A stretch of DNA of 64,000 nucleotides from Candidatus Magasanikiibacteriota bacterium. GTDB taxonomy: Bacteria; Patescibacteriota; Patescibacteriia; Magasanikbacterales; GWA2-37-8. The translations under genes were made by a program, and so were the position numbers. The stretch spans positions 8,056 through 72,055 of the forward strand of contig JBAYHH010000001.1 in the NCBI GenBank assembly GCA_041666265.1, written 5' to 3'. Below the pieces are notes generated by a model. It made no database searches, was not told the origin of the DNA, and saw only the letters and a list, made by a program, of their open reading frames with translations. Below are positions 1 to 8,392 of the stretch, one piece after another; position 1 is the first letter of the stretch, and the number at the start of each line of letters is the position of its first letter.

Positions 1-88
1 GAACCAGCAATTGGAAAATTAGAAATTAGAAATTTTAATCACCGTTTACTTCGCACGGAGTAGACGAGTGGGAGGAATATATATATAT

Positions 89-529
89 ATGTCCATAATT
101 CGCTACAACCCCATGTGGGATCCATTCGCGGAAATGGAGGAGGCCATGAGCCGTTTTCCGTCTTTGCAAAATCAATCCATGAAGGCCTTTGCGCCGGCGA
201 TGGATGTGTATGAAACCGACAAGGCGGTGGTCGTGGAATCACCCTTGGCCGGTGTCAGCCCCGATGATGTCAAAATCACCGTGGAAAAAGGCGTGCTTAC
301 CGTGCAAGGCGAGCATCGCAAAGAGCACGAAGTAGACGACAAAAATTATTACCGCAAAGAAGTGCGTAGTGGCGCGTTTTTCCGCCAAGTGGCCTTGCCG
401 GCCGCAGTGGTGGAGGACAAAGTCAGCGCCGAGTTTGAGGATGGGATTTTGAAGATCACTTGTCCAAAAGCAAATGAGGTTGCAAGTAAACAGGTAAATA
501 TTAAGATTGTGAAGAAAGGGAAGAAGTAA
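89..529 (+). CDS. Hsp20/alpha-crystallin family small heat-shock protein
   Basis: ORF 68..529. Alpha-crystallin-like core (VKITVEKGVLTVQGEH, AEFEDGILKITCPK). Most likely start is ATG 89 (MSIIRYNP). Confidence 0.8.
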   Translation: MSIIRYNPMWDPFAEMEEAMSRFPSLQNQSMKAFAPAMDVYETDKAVVVESPLAGVSPDDVKITVEKGVLTVQGEHRKEHEVDDKNYYRKEVRSGAFFRQVALPAAVVEDKVSAEFEDGILKITCPKANEVASKQVNIKIVKKGKK

Positions 530-549
530 GTACATTACAATTTATCCAC

Positions 550-579
550 TTGACAAGCACTGGGTGGTGTGTTATACTA
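550..579 (+). promoter_or_regulatory. sigma-70-like promoter (TTGACA-N18-TATACT)
   Basis: TTGACA at 550-555 and TATACT at 574-579, upstream of the NYN gene. Confidence 0.5.
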
Positions 580-595
580 TTTTTAACTAAAACCA

Positions 596-640
596 CCCAC
601 CCTGCCCCCGAAAGGGGGCCCGGTGGGGTTTTTATTTTAT
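596..640 (+). terminator. GC-rich hairpin plus U-run between promoter and NYN gene (intrinsic terminator, attenuator or small-RNA 3' end)
   Basis: CCCACC-CTG-CCCCC-GAAA-GGGGG-CCC-GGTGGG followed by TTTTTATTTT. Could also terminate hsp20. Confidence 0.55.
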
Positions 641-648
641 AGAAACAT

Positions 649-1200
649 ATGGGTAATAACAGGCGGGCGGCGGTATTCATTGACGGAAGTAATTTTTACT
701 TCAAGATGAAATCGTTGGGGATAAAAAATTTACGAAAGTACGGTTATAATGCTTTGTGTAATGAATTGGCAGGCGAAAGAGAATTGGTGGCTATTGGATA
801 TTATGTCGGAGTGGTTAGAGCGGCGTTTAACGATGCCAAAGGACAGATGTTGCGTTTGGCGCAAAGGAATTTATTTAATCACCTGCGTGATCAGAAAGTA
901 ATTGTCCATAAAGGATATTTGATGAAAAACGACGGTGTTTATCACGAAAAAGGCGTGGATGTGAAAATTGCGACGGATTTACTCGTGGGCGCGTATGAAG
1001 ATTTGTATGATGACGCGATTGTGATTTCGTCGGACACGGATTTGTTGCCGGCGATGCAGAAAGTAAAAGAAAAAGGCAAAAATGTGGAGTATGTCGGTTT
1101 TGGACACCAACCCTCGCTGGCGCTTCAAACCGCCGCCACGCGTTCGCGGTTGCTGTTGATTGAGGAGTTGGAGAAGTTTGTGGATAAAAGTGAAAAATAA
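649..1200 (+). CDS. NYN-domain (LabA-like) protein
   Basis: N-terminal AVFIDGSNFY motif and the DTDLLPA acidic cluster are typical of NYN/LabA ribonuclease-like domains. Confidence 0.65.
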   Translation: MGNNRRAAVFIDGSNFYFKMKSLGIKNLRKYGYNALCNELAGERELVAIGYYVGVVRAAFNDAKGQMLRLAQRNLFNHLRDQKVIVHKGYLMKNDGVYHEKGVDVKIATDLLVGAYEDLYDDAIVISSDTDLLPAMQKVKEKGKNVEYVGFGHQPSLALQTAATRSRLLLIEELEKFVDKSEK

Positions 1201-1201
1201 T

Positions 1202-1612
1202 ATGAAAATCGAATCAGCAAAAGAATTTATCAATCGTAGAAGTAAACACTTTCAGGATGTTTTAGATAAATACAAAAAAACCAAAAAGGACAATTTATTA
1301 AAATGGCTTCCTGACATAAACAGAAAGGGTCGTTATGGTTTTATAAGAGAGGCGTGGACTTTAATGCCACAGTTTAATACAAAAGAAAAGATATTTATTA
1401 TAGAAAGGTTTCGGCGGGTTAAAATAAAGCGCCCAATTACTCATAAAAAATTGAAAATTGGCGAAATTGAATACCGATTTGGTTACTATATGGTCGGCAA
1501 AAATGGAAATAAAATTAACAAGTGGACATGGGGCGAGTCGTGCCCAATCATTCCTCGTGAAGATTTGGAAAAATTACTAAAAAAAGCTAAAAAAGAAAAA
1601 ACTATTTTGTAA
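1202..1612 (+). CDS. hypothetical lysine-rich protein
   Basis: ORF 1160..1612; ATG at 1202 avoids overlap with the previous gene. Very AT-rich and Lys-rich; no recognisable domain. Confidence 0.4.
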   Translation: MKIESAKEFINRRSKHFQDVLDKYKKTKKDNLLKWLPDINRKGRYGFIREAWTLMPQFNTKEKIFIIERFRRVKIKRPITHKKLKIGEIEYRFGYYMVGKNGNKINKWTWGESCPIIPREDLEKLLKKAKKEKTIL

Positions 1613-1816
1613 ATTAGTAAATTAAAATTTAATTTATTAAAATCTAAATTACTAACGAGCCAAGTGGAAGACAAAGATTCTTCGCTTCGTTCAGAATGAC
1701 ATAAAAACATATGAGTAAAGTATTAGGTACCCGCCTTCGCCCTTTGGGCTTCGGCAGGGCAAGTCGATCTCGGTTTTCAATTATTAATTAACATTTATCA
1801 TTAATCAAATAATACT

Positions 1817-3730
1817 ATGTCAAAAGTTTTGGGTATAGACTTGGGCACAACCAACAGTTGTATGGCCATCATCGAGGGCGGCCAGCCGAAAGTTCTCGAA
1901 AATAAAGAAGGCGCGCGTACCACACCGTCGGTGGTCGCTATTAGCAAATCCGGTGAACGCCTGGTGGGTCAGCTTGCCAAGCGTCAAGCCGTCACCAATC
2001 CGGAAAACACATTGTATTCCATCAAGCGTCTCATTGGTCGTCGGTTTACCGACTCCGAAGTTCAGCGCGATCTCAAACTGATGCCGTACAAAATCGTGCA
2101 AGCGGGTGAGGGCGTGAAAGTGGCGATGCAGGGAAAAGAATATTCACCGCAAGAAATCTCGGCGATGATTTTGGGCAAAATGAAAGCTGATGCCGAAGAA
2201 CGCATTGGTGAAAAAATTACCGACGCGATTATCACCGTGCCGGCGTATTTTGATGATTCGCAACGCCAGGCCACCAAAGACGCGGGTGTGATTGCCGGTC
2301 TTAATGTTTTGCGCATTATAAACGAACCGACCGCGGCCGCGCTCGCTTATGGTTTTGACAAAAAGACCGAACAAAAAATCGCGGTGTACGATCTCGGCGG
2401 CGGCACTTTTGATATTTCCATTCTTGAAGTCGCGCCGGATAATGTTCAGGTGCTTTCCACCAATGGCGACACCCATCTCGGTGGTGATGACTTTGACCAG
2501 GTTTTGATTCAATATATTTTGGATGAATTCAAAAAAGATCAAGGCATTGATCTGTCCAAAGACAATCTTGCGTTACAACGCATCAAGGAAGCGGCCGAAA
2601 AAGCCAAGATAGAACTGTCCACTTCACAAGAAACCGAAATCAACCAGCCGTTTATTACTTCTGACTCCAACGGTCCCAAACATTTGGTCATGAAACTTAC
2701 TCGCTCCAAATTGGAAGAACTGGTAGGGGATTTGGTGCAACGCTCGCTTGGTCCGGTGCAAAAGGCGCTCGACGATGCCAAACTCAAAGTCAGTGATTTG
2801 CATGAAGTGGTGATGGTCGGCGGTATGACCCGCATGCCACTGGTGATTCAAACAGTCGAGAAATTTTTTGGCAAAAAAGCGAATATCACGGTAAACCCGG
2901 ATGAAGTGGTGGCGATTGGCGCCGGTGTGCAGGGTGGTGTGCTCAAAGGCGATGTCAAAGATATTTTACTTTTGGATGTGACACCTTTGTCGCTTGGTTT
3001 GGAAACCATGGGTAGTGTGATGACCAAATTGATTGAACGCAACACCACTATTCCAACCAGCAAGACGCAAGTTTTTTCTACCGCGGCCGACAATCAGCCG
3101 GGCGTGGAGATCCATGTTTTGCAAGGCGAGCGCCCGATGGCTGGCGACAACAAATCGCTCGGTCGGTTTATGCTCGACGGTATCCCGCCGGCCCCGCGCG
3201 GTGTGCCGCAGGTGGAAGTAACTTTTGACATTGATGCCAACGGCATTTTGAATGTCAAAGCCAAAGACAAAGCCACCAACAAGGAACAAAGCATCAAGAT
3301 CACGGCGTCCACCGGTTTGTCCAAAGACGAAGTGGAACGCATGAAAAAAGAGGCTGAAACGCACGCCGATGAAGATAAGAAAAAACAAGAACTGATCGAA
3401 ACGCGCAATTTGGCGGACACGATGGTATACACCACCGAAAAAATGATGAAAGAAGTGGAAGAAAAAAAAGTCGCCATCACCGATGATGAAAAGAAAAATG
3501 TGGAAGAGGGGATCAAGTATGTGAAGGATTGCAAAGACAAAGATGATGTGGAAGCGATCAAAAAAGCCAGCGAAGCGCTATCCAAGGCGGCGCAGGTGGT
3601 GGGGGCGAAGATGTATAGTGCGAATAGTGCTTCAAATAGTGCGAATGGTAAGGCGAATGATGCGAATACGAACGACGGTGACGCGTCTAAGCAAGATCAG
3701 GGTCCGATTGAAGGCGAGGTGGTGAAATAA
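1817..3730 (+). CDS. dnaK: molecular chaperone DnaK (Hsp70)
   Basis: 637 aa with canonical Hsp70 motifs ([25 protein letters not shown]). Low-complexity S/N/A C-terminal tail. Confidence 0.97.
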   Translation: MSKVLGIDLGTTNSCMAIIEGGQPKVLENKEGARTTPSVVAISKSGERLVGQLAKRQAVTNPENTLYSIKRLIGRRFTDSEVQRDLKLMPYKIVQAGEGVKVAMQGKEYSPQEISAMILGKMKADAEERIGEKITDAIITVPAYFDDSQRQATKDAGVIAGLNVLRIINEPTAAALAYGFDKKTEQKIAVYDLGGGTFDISILEVAPDNVQVLSTNGDTHLGGDDFDQVLIQYILDEFKKDQGIDLSKDNLALQRIKEAAEKAKIELSTSQETEINQPFITSDSNGPKHLVMKLTRSKLEELVGDLVQRSLGPVQKALDDAKLKVSDLHEVVMVGGMTRMPLVIQTVEKFFGKKANITVNPDEVVAIGAGVQGGVLKGDVKDILLLDVTPLSLGLETMGSVMTKLIERNTTIPTSKTQVFSTAADNQPGVEIHVLQGERPMAGDNKSLGRFMLDGIPPAPRGVPQVEVTFDIDANGILNVKAKDKATNKEQSIKITASTGLSKDEVERMKKEAETHADEDKKKQELIETRNLADTMVYTTEKMMKEVEEKKVAITDDEKKNVEEGIKYVKDCKDKDDVEAIKKASEALSKAAQVVGAKMYSANSASNSANGKANDANTNDGDASKQDQGPIEGEVVK

Positions 3731-3778
3731 AATCCTACTATCCAAGGATTTGCCTTGGGATAATTATCCATATTAATT

Positions 3779-4198
3779 ATGAGTGCTTATATTGAGCGTT
3801 TTAATGTTGAAACAGAATGGTTTAGAGGGCAGATGGGGAAATTAAAGGAAAAATTAGGGTCTGCCGATAAGACCTTGGCCAAAATTGATGTTGATACTTT
3901 GACTCATGATGCGTTAGAGTATTGGACGGATTTTTTAGCGATATTAAGATTTTCTGAAAGAGATGATTTTGGCCAACCGGAATGGATAAACGGGTTGAAC
4001 AGAAAAGAGAAAGTTCTGTTTGATAAAATCGTCAAAGACGATACGGGTACGCCGGATGCGCCTTTTATGAATTGGTTAAGAAATTTATTAGCTCCCATTT
4101 CTGGTTATTTAGATTTGATTAAGCATGCCCCAAATAAAGGATCGGAAGAAAAATTGTTGGCAACAATAAAAACATTGTCCGAGAGATTGGATGTGTAA
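3779..4198 (+). CDS. hypothetical protein
   Basis: 139-aa ORF between dnaK and dnaJ. Not GrpE-like. No recognisable motif. Confidence 0.45.
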   Translation: MSAYIERFNVETEWFRGQMGKLKEKLGSADKTLAKIDVDTLTHDALEYWTDFLAILRFSERDDFGQPEWINGLNRKEKVLFDKIVKDDTGTPDAPFMNWLRNLLAPISGYLDLIKHAPNKGSEEKLLATIKTLSERLDV

Positions 4199-4208
4199 TA
4201 AAAAAAGA

Positions 4209-4238
4209 CCCCGGGGCGCGCGAAGGCGCCAGCCGGGG
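4209..4238 (-). terminator. GC-rich hairpin terminator between convergent genes
   Basis: CCCCGG-GGCGC-GCGAAG-GCGCC-AG-CCGGGG. A-run at 4201-4206 gives a U-run for the minus-strand transcript. Confidence 0.55.
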
Positions 4239-4245
4239 CGGGTGG

Positions 4246-4464
4246 TTACCAGAGCTTGGAACACAGCACTTCGGTCGTGCTGGTGGTTGCGCTCCATTCA
4301 GCGGCGATTGGGGAGAGGATGCCCCCCAAAAATCCCACGAAGGCAACCACGAAGGCGATGTTCCCGCCCCATCCCTGGTGAATTTGGAAGGTGGCGCAGT
4401 AACCCCCACCACCGATCAGCATCCCCACGAAGAAAATCGTGAGTAACACCAATAAATTTTTCAT
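4246..4464 (-). CDS. small Gly-rich hydrophobic membrane protein
   Basis: 72-aa ORF with a GGAAGG-like RBS upstream. Two hydrophobic segments with GxxxG-like motifs. Lies in a locally GC-rich patch. Confidence 0.45.
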   Translation of the reverse strand: MKNLLVLLTIFFVGMLIGGGGYCATFQIHQGWGGNIAFVVAFVGFLGGILSPIAAEWSATTSTTEVLCSKLW

Positions 4465-4643
4465 TTTTTCTTCCCTTCCTTTGTGAATTTAGAACCGATT
4501 TTAACCTTAGCATAACTGCATAAAAAAGTCAATGATGGTGGTAGTATGGCAGTTGGACAAATAGTAAACAGTTTTATTATTTGATATTAAAAAATTGAAA
4601 ATTGTTTGAAAAGTAGAAATTGAAAATTAGAAATTTACTGGTT

Positions 4644-5765
4644 ATGTCCAAAGATTACTACAAAATACTCGGCGTCGAAAAAAACGCCACGGCCGACGAA
4701 ATAAAAAAGGCGTTTAAAAAACTCGCCATGCAACACCACCCGGACCGACCGGGTGGCGATGAAAAAAAGTTTAAAGAAATAAACGAGGCTTTTCAGGTAC
4801 TCGGCGACGCGGACAAGCGCGCCAAGTTTGACCAGTTTGGATCGGATTTTGAACAGCAGGGCGGTTGGGGTGGCGCCGGCGGTAGTTGGGAAGATATTAT
4901 GAATGCGTTTCGCCAACAGGGCGGGCAAGGTGGTTTTGGTGGTCAAGGGATGAATTTTGACTTCGGGGGTGGTTTTGGAGATATTTTTGGCGATCTGTTT
5001 GGCGGGTCCGCCTCCGCTCGGGCCGGTCGAGCTTCGGCGAGACGCGGTCGCGATATCCAAGTCGATGTAGAAATAGATTTTAAAGAAGCGGCGTTTGGCG
5101 TGGAGCGCGATTTGAATTTACGCAAACAATCCGCCTGTGATGTTTGCGGTGGCACCGGCGCCGAGCCCGGGAGTAAAATGGAAAAATGCGGCACTTGCCA
5201 CGGCCAGGGCCAAGTAGTGCAACAACAACGCACCTTTATGGGCGTGATGCAGACTGTGGCCGCTTGCCCTACCTGCCAAGGCCGAGGCGAACACCCGGGT
5301 AAAAAATGCAAGCACTGCGGTGGTGATGGCGTACTCGCCAAATCCCAAAATGTAAAAGTTAAGATTCCCGCCGGCATTGACGATGGTCAGTCCATTCGCT
5401 TGTCCGGCTATGGCGAAGTGGCTCCGCATGGCGCTGGGGCGGGGGATCTGTATGTGCAAGTGCATGTGCGCCACAACAAACTTTTTCACCGCGAAGGTTT
5501 TGATGTTTACACTGAAAGCGAAATCAATTTCGCGCAGGCGGTGCTGGGCGACAAATTGGAAGTTGAGACTATCGACGGTCCGCTCAAAGTCATGGTCCCC
5601 GAAGGCACCGAATCCGGTGCGCTCATCCGATTAAAAAATCATGGCATCCAACATATCAACAGTAGCGCGCGCGGTGATCATTATATCAAAATAAAAATCC
5701 GCGTGCCCAAAAAACTCTCGCGCGACGCGCGCAAAAAATTGGAAGAAATAAAAAACGACTTGTGA
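4644..5765 (+). CDS. dnaJ: molecular chaperone DnaJ
   Basis: J domain (YYKILGV, HPD), G/F-rich linker, and four CxxCxGxG zinc-finger repeats. ORF 4620..5765; likely start is ATG 4644. Confidence 0.95.
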   Translation: MSKDYYKILGVEKNATADEIKKAFKKLAMQHHPDRPGGDEKKFKEINEAFQVLGDADKRAKFDQFGSDFEQQGGWGGAGGSWEDIMNAFRQQGGQGGFGGQGMNFDFGGGFGDIFGDLFGGSASARAGRASARRGRDIQVDVEIDFKEAAFGVERDLNLRKQSACDVCGGTGAEPGSKMEKCGTCHGQGQVVQQQRTFMGVMQTVAACPTCQGRGEHPGKKCKHCGGDGVLAKSQNVKVKIPAGIDDGQSIRLSGYGEVAPHGAGAGDLYVQVHVRHNKLFHREGFDVYTESEINFAQAVLGDKLEVETIDGPLKVMVPEGTESGALIRLKNHGIQHINSSARGDHYIKIKIRVPKKLSRDARKKLEEIKNDL

Positions 5766-5785
5766 TCAGATCACCGGTCGTTTTT
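5756..5785 (+). terminator. intrinsic terminator after dnaJ
   Basis: CGAC-TT-GTGATC-AG-GATCAC-CG-GTCG followed by TTTTT. Confidence 0.5.
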
Positions 5786-5803
5786 AAAAGACACTTTTTA
5801 AAT

Positions 5804-5832
5804 TTGTCGACAAAAATCAATTGTGGTATAAT
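5804..5832 (+). promoter_or_regulatory. sigma-70-like promoter with extended -10 (TTGTCG-N17-TGgTATAAT)
   Basis: Upstream of the 5897 gene. A short hairpin and T-run follow at 5841-5862. Confidence 0.5.
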
Positions 5833-5896
5833 AAGTTTATCGCCACAGGTCGAGGCGAAAATTTTTATTATAAATATTATCGATAACAATTAAAAT

Positions 5897-6355
5897 ATGA
5901 AAAAATTATTAATTGCCATGGTGGTGTTAGGCTTGCTGGTTGTAATGGCCCCGGCTTTCGCTGATGATACGGACCAGACAAGTGAAACAACAACCGTTTG
6001 GGAACAACTCAAGGCTGATCGCGAAGCCGCTTTTGCCAATTTAAAGACCGCCCGCGAAGCGGTGCGCGCGCAATTGAAAAACGAGCGAGAAAAAGTCGGC
6101 GCCATTTGGGAGGCCAAAAGAGACGCGCTTAAAGCCCGTAATGATTTAAATAAAGCCGCCCAGACAGAATATCAGAAGGTGGTCAAAGCGGCGCGTGATA
6201 TTCGCAATGCCGCTGTCAAAAAAGCGGATGCGGATTTTAAATTGGCCCAAAAAGCCGCTCAAACTGCGTATAGCGCTGCTAAGGCCGCCAATGAAGCCGC
6301 GTATCGATCTGAAGTCACATCATCCACCGCCATCACTGTCCCGACCGCTGAGTAA
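5897..6355 (+). CDS. secreted alpha-helical protein (signal peptide), unknown function
   Basis: N-terminal signal peptide (MKKLLIAMVVLGLLVVMAPAFA). A/K/E-rich helical repeats. Strong promoter upstream. Confidence 0.55.
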   Translation: MKKLLIAMVVLGLLVVMAPAFADDTDQTSETTTVWEQLKADREAAFANLKTAREAVRAQLKNEREKVGAIWEAKRDALKARNDLNKAAQTEYQKVVKAARDIRNAAVKKADADFKLAQKAAQTAYSAAKAANEAAYRSEVTSSTAITVPTAE

Positions 6356-6364
6356 ACCTAATTG

Positions 6365-6479
6365 TACAAAAATACACCCCTAACTTAAATCTCTTCGCTT
6401 TCCTCGGCCGCGAGGCCTCAGGGATGCGCCTGCGGGCGCATAACCCGCTCAGAGAATTCAGTTAGGGGTGTATTTTGTA
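6365..6479 (+). repeat. conserved structured intergenic element, copy 1 (candidate ncRNA / 3'-UTR structure / terminator)
   Basis: Outer stem 6365..6384 / 6461..6479 (TACAAAAATACACCCCTAAC / GTTAGGGGTGTATTTTGTA). Conserved core 6392..6457 contains hairpins CCTCGGCCGCGAGG and ATGCGCC-TGCG-GGCGCAT. Fills the gap between convergent genes. Confidence 0.7.
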
Positions 6480-6480
6480 T

Positions 6481-6879
6481 TTAGCGTTTATCCAGCGCCT
6501 CATTCACGAGCTTATCCGCCTCTTTGTTTCCGGCGCGCATTATATGGGTAAATTTTACTTTTTTAAATTTTGTCGTCAGGTTATATGCCTGTAAATACAA
6601 TTTTTGTAATCCCGGTTCTTTCACGCGATATTCGCGTTTCATTTGTTTGGTAACAAGCTCGCTGTCGAGCACACATTCCACTTCGGTCGCGCCCAATTCC
6701 AACGCGCGCGTGAGTCCGAGTATCAGTCCCATGTATTCGGCGTAATTATTGGTTTGTTCTCCAAGATATTTTCCAAAAGCGGCCAGATTTTCACCGGCCA
6801 TATTTTTGATTACCACTCCGCTCGCGGCCGGCCCGGGATTACCGCGCGCTCCGCCGTCCGAGAATATTTTAACTTGCAT
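6481..6879 (-). CDS. rnhA: ribonuclease HI
   Basis: IFSDGGARGNPGPAASGVVI N-terminus and the acidic-residue pattern are typical of RNase H type 1. Confidence 0.85.
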   Translation of the reverse strand: MQVKIFSDGGARGNPGPAASGVVIKNMAGENLAAFGKYLGEQTNNYAEYMGLILGLTRALELGATEVECVLDSELVTKQMKREYRVKEPGLQKLYLQAYNLTTKFKKVKFTHIMRAGNKEADKLVNEALDKR

Positions 6880-6885
6880 AAAAAA

Positions 6886-8226
6886 TTAGTAATTTAATTT
6901 CCAGACGCCGTCGCTATCACCATATTTCCCACTGAAATATAAAATATGATTGACGCTATCGGCCTCAAAAGAACGCACCGCAGATTTAATGAGTTCGTCG
7001 GTTACCAAATAATACGGAAAAAGAGCGGTGGTATTTTTATTCCAAGATAATGCCAGAGTGTTGTATTTATCCAATGGGACAACTTGTTTTAGGCCTTCAC
7101 CCGAGCGATTTAAAAGCATCGGCTCGCCCCCTTCGCTGTAAGTGATCAATTCCCATGGCGTCCAAAATAGCCACCAGTTATTATATGGTGAAATTAAATA
7201 ATCATTGGCCGCGATTTTGTATGTTCCTTGCGGAGCGACCAGATACATGAGCGATTGACTGGCGTTTTTTAGTAAAATTTGTCCGCGCGCTCCCGTCACT
7301 ATGGAAAGATTGTTAAAATCGGCCGGCAACACTTCGGTATCAATGATGGAGAGGTCGGATGCAAATCCGGCGGTGTCTTTTACGATGCGCAAATTTTGTG
7401 TGTTCGAAGCGGTTTGCATCGTCCAGAGTGCTCCGCCCTCCATATACCAATCTACATACTTATTAGTTGCCACCCGCGCGCTATTACCGGTGATCGGATT
7501 GAGTGAACGAATTTCCTTTTCAGTGGAATAATATATTATACCGGAGTCATCATCAGACCATTGTATTTTGGTGATCGGCGCGCTCTCTGTCGTTAAATCG
7601 ATTTTTTTGGAAAAATTGTCAGCATCAATAATCATCGCCGTATCAAATGGCGCGACCTTGTCAGTGATCAATAGTCGATGACCTTTTTTTGACCACGCTA
7701 CTGCCAATGATTCGGTTTTTTTGTCGGAAAAAATTTTCGTCATCGAATTATTTTGAGTGTTAAAAATCATCACCTGGCGGCCATTCACTCCGGCAAGAAG
7801 CGCGCTGTCAGATGATAAATACAGATCATCGACAGTCGTCGTAGTAATAATTTGCGGATTATTTTTTTTCAAAAGTCCGATTTCTTTGATATAAACCGTT
7901 TGTTTATTTTGAACCTCGATGTCTTTGTTCCAATCATAATATCCGGACGCGGAAATTTTGAGATGATATTTGCGCGGAGTGATGTTGTTGAGGCGAATGG
8001 GCATGCCGGATTTGATTTCCACCCCGCCCAAATTGGCGTTAGCGTCGATCGGCTCGACATCGATGCTCACGGCTCCAATCTCGCGTCGGCGGCCATTTTG
8101 CCAATCATAGCGATAGCCTTGAGTATACATGACGATGAGCGGCGAAATGATAAAAAAAGAGGCGATGAATAGGCCTAAAATCGCTCGCCGAATCGGACGG
8201 GTTAATCTGGTATTGGGATATTCCAT
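6886..8226 (-). CDS. membrane-anchored protein with PEGA-like domain and beta-propeller-like repeats (TolB-like)
   Basis: ORF 6886..8361; the upstream extension overlaps the heptad array, so the start at MEYPNT (8224-8226) is preferred. TM segment, PEGA-like stretch (KYHLKISASGYYDW), repetitive beta-rich C-terminus. Confidence 0.5.
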   Translation of the reverse strand: MEYPNTRLTRPIRRAILGLFIASFFIISPLIVMYTQGYRYDWQNGRRREIGAVSIDVEPIDANANLGGVEIKSGMPIRLNNITPRKYHLKISASGYYDWNKDIEVQNKQTVYIKEIGLLKKNNPQIITTTTVDDLYLSSDSALLAGVNGRQVMIFNTQNNSMTKIFSDKKTESLAVAWSKKGHRLLITDKVAPFDTAMIIDADNFSKKIDLTTESAPITKIQWSDDDSGIIYYSTEKEIRSLNPITGNSARVATNKYVDWYMEGGALWTMQTASNTQNLRIVKDTAGFASDLSIIDTEVLPADFNNLSIVTGARGQILLKNASQSLMYLVAPQGTYKIAANDYLISPYNNWWLFWTPWELITYSEGGEPMLLNRSGEGLKQVVPLDKYNTLALSWNKNTTALFPYYLVTDELIKSAVRSFEADSVNHILYFSGKYGDSDGVWKLNY

Positions 8227-8230
8227 TTTG

Positions 8231-8384
8231 GGTATTAGGTGAGAGGTTAAAGGTGTTAGGCGCGAATGGTTGCCAATCACTGATTTATGTAGTATAATCA
8301 TACTATCTAAAAAAATGGTAATTGTCAAAGATGATTCCGCCATTTTTGGTATTTTTACCAATACCTTTCACCTAATACCTACAA
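8231..8384. repeat. inverted pair of AGGT heptad arrays (locus 1) in the divergent region upstream of murA
   Basis: Left array 8231..8260 GGTATTAGGTGAGAGGTTAAAGGTGTTAGG. Right array 8359..8384 is its approximate reverse complement (CCAATACCTTTCACCTAATACCTACA). Confidence 0.55.
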
Positions 8385-8392
8385 GCTAAGAT

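Noticed and set aside
1700-1816. Search for a CIRCE (HrcA operator) upstream of dnaK, and at 1-88 upstream of hsp20
   Set aside because: No TTAGCACTC-N9-GAGTGCTAA-like inverted repeat is present. Only generic hairpins and AT tracts.
1820-3585. Numerous antisense ORFs inside dnaK (and similarly inside dnaJ, pyrG, recJ, lepA, murJ, P-type ATPase and others)
   Set aside because: They are embedded opposite highly conserved genes and typical of GC-skewed antisense frames. No independent signals.
6886-8361. Full-length 491-aa version of the PEGA/beta-propeller ORF starting at TTG 8361
   Set aside because: The extra 45 codons are translated across the heptad-repeat array and a promoter-like region. 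The internal ATG at 8224-8226 is preferred, though without a strong RBS either way.
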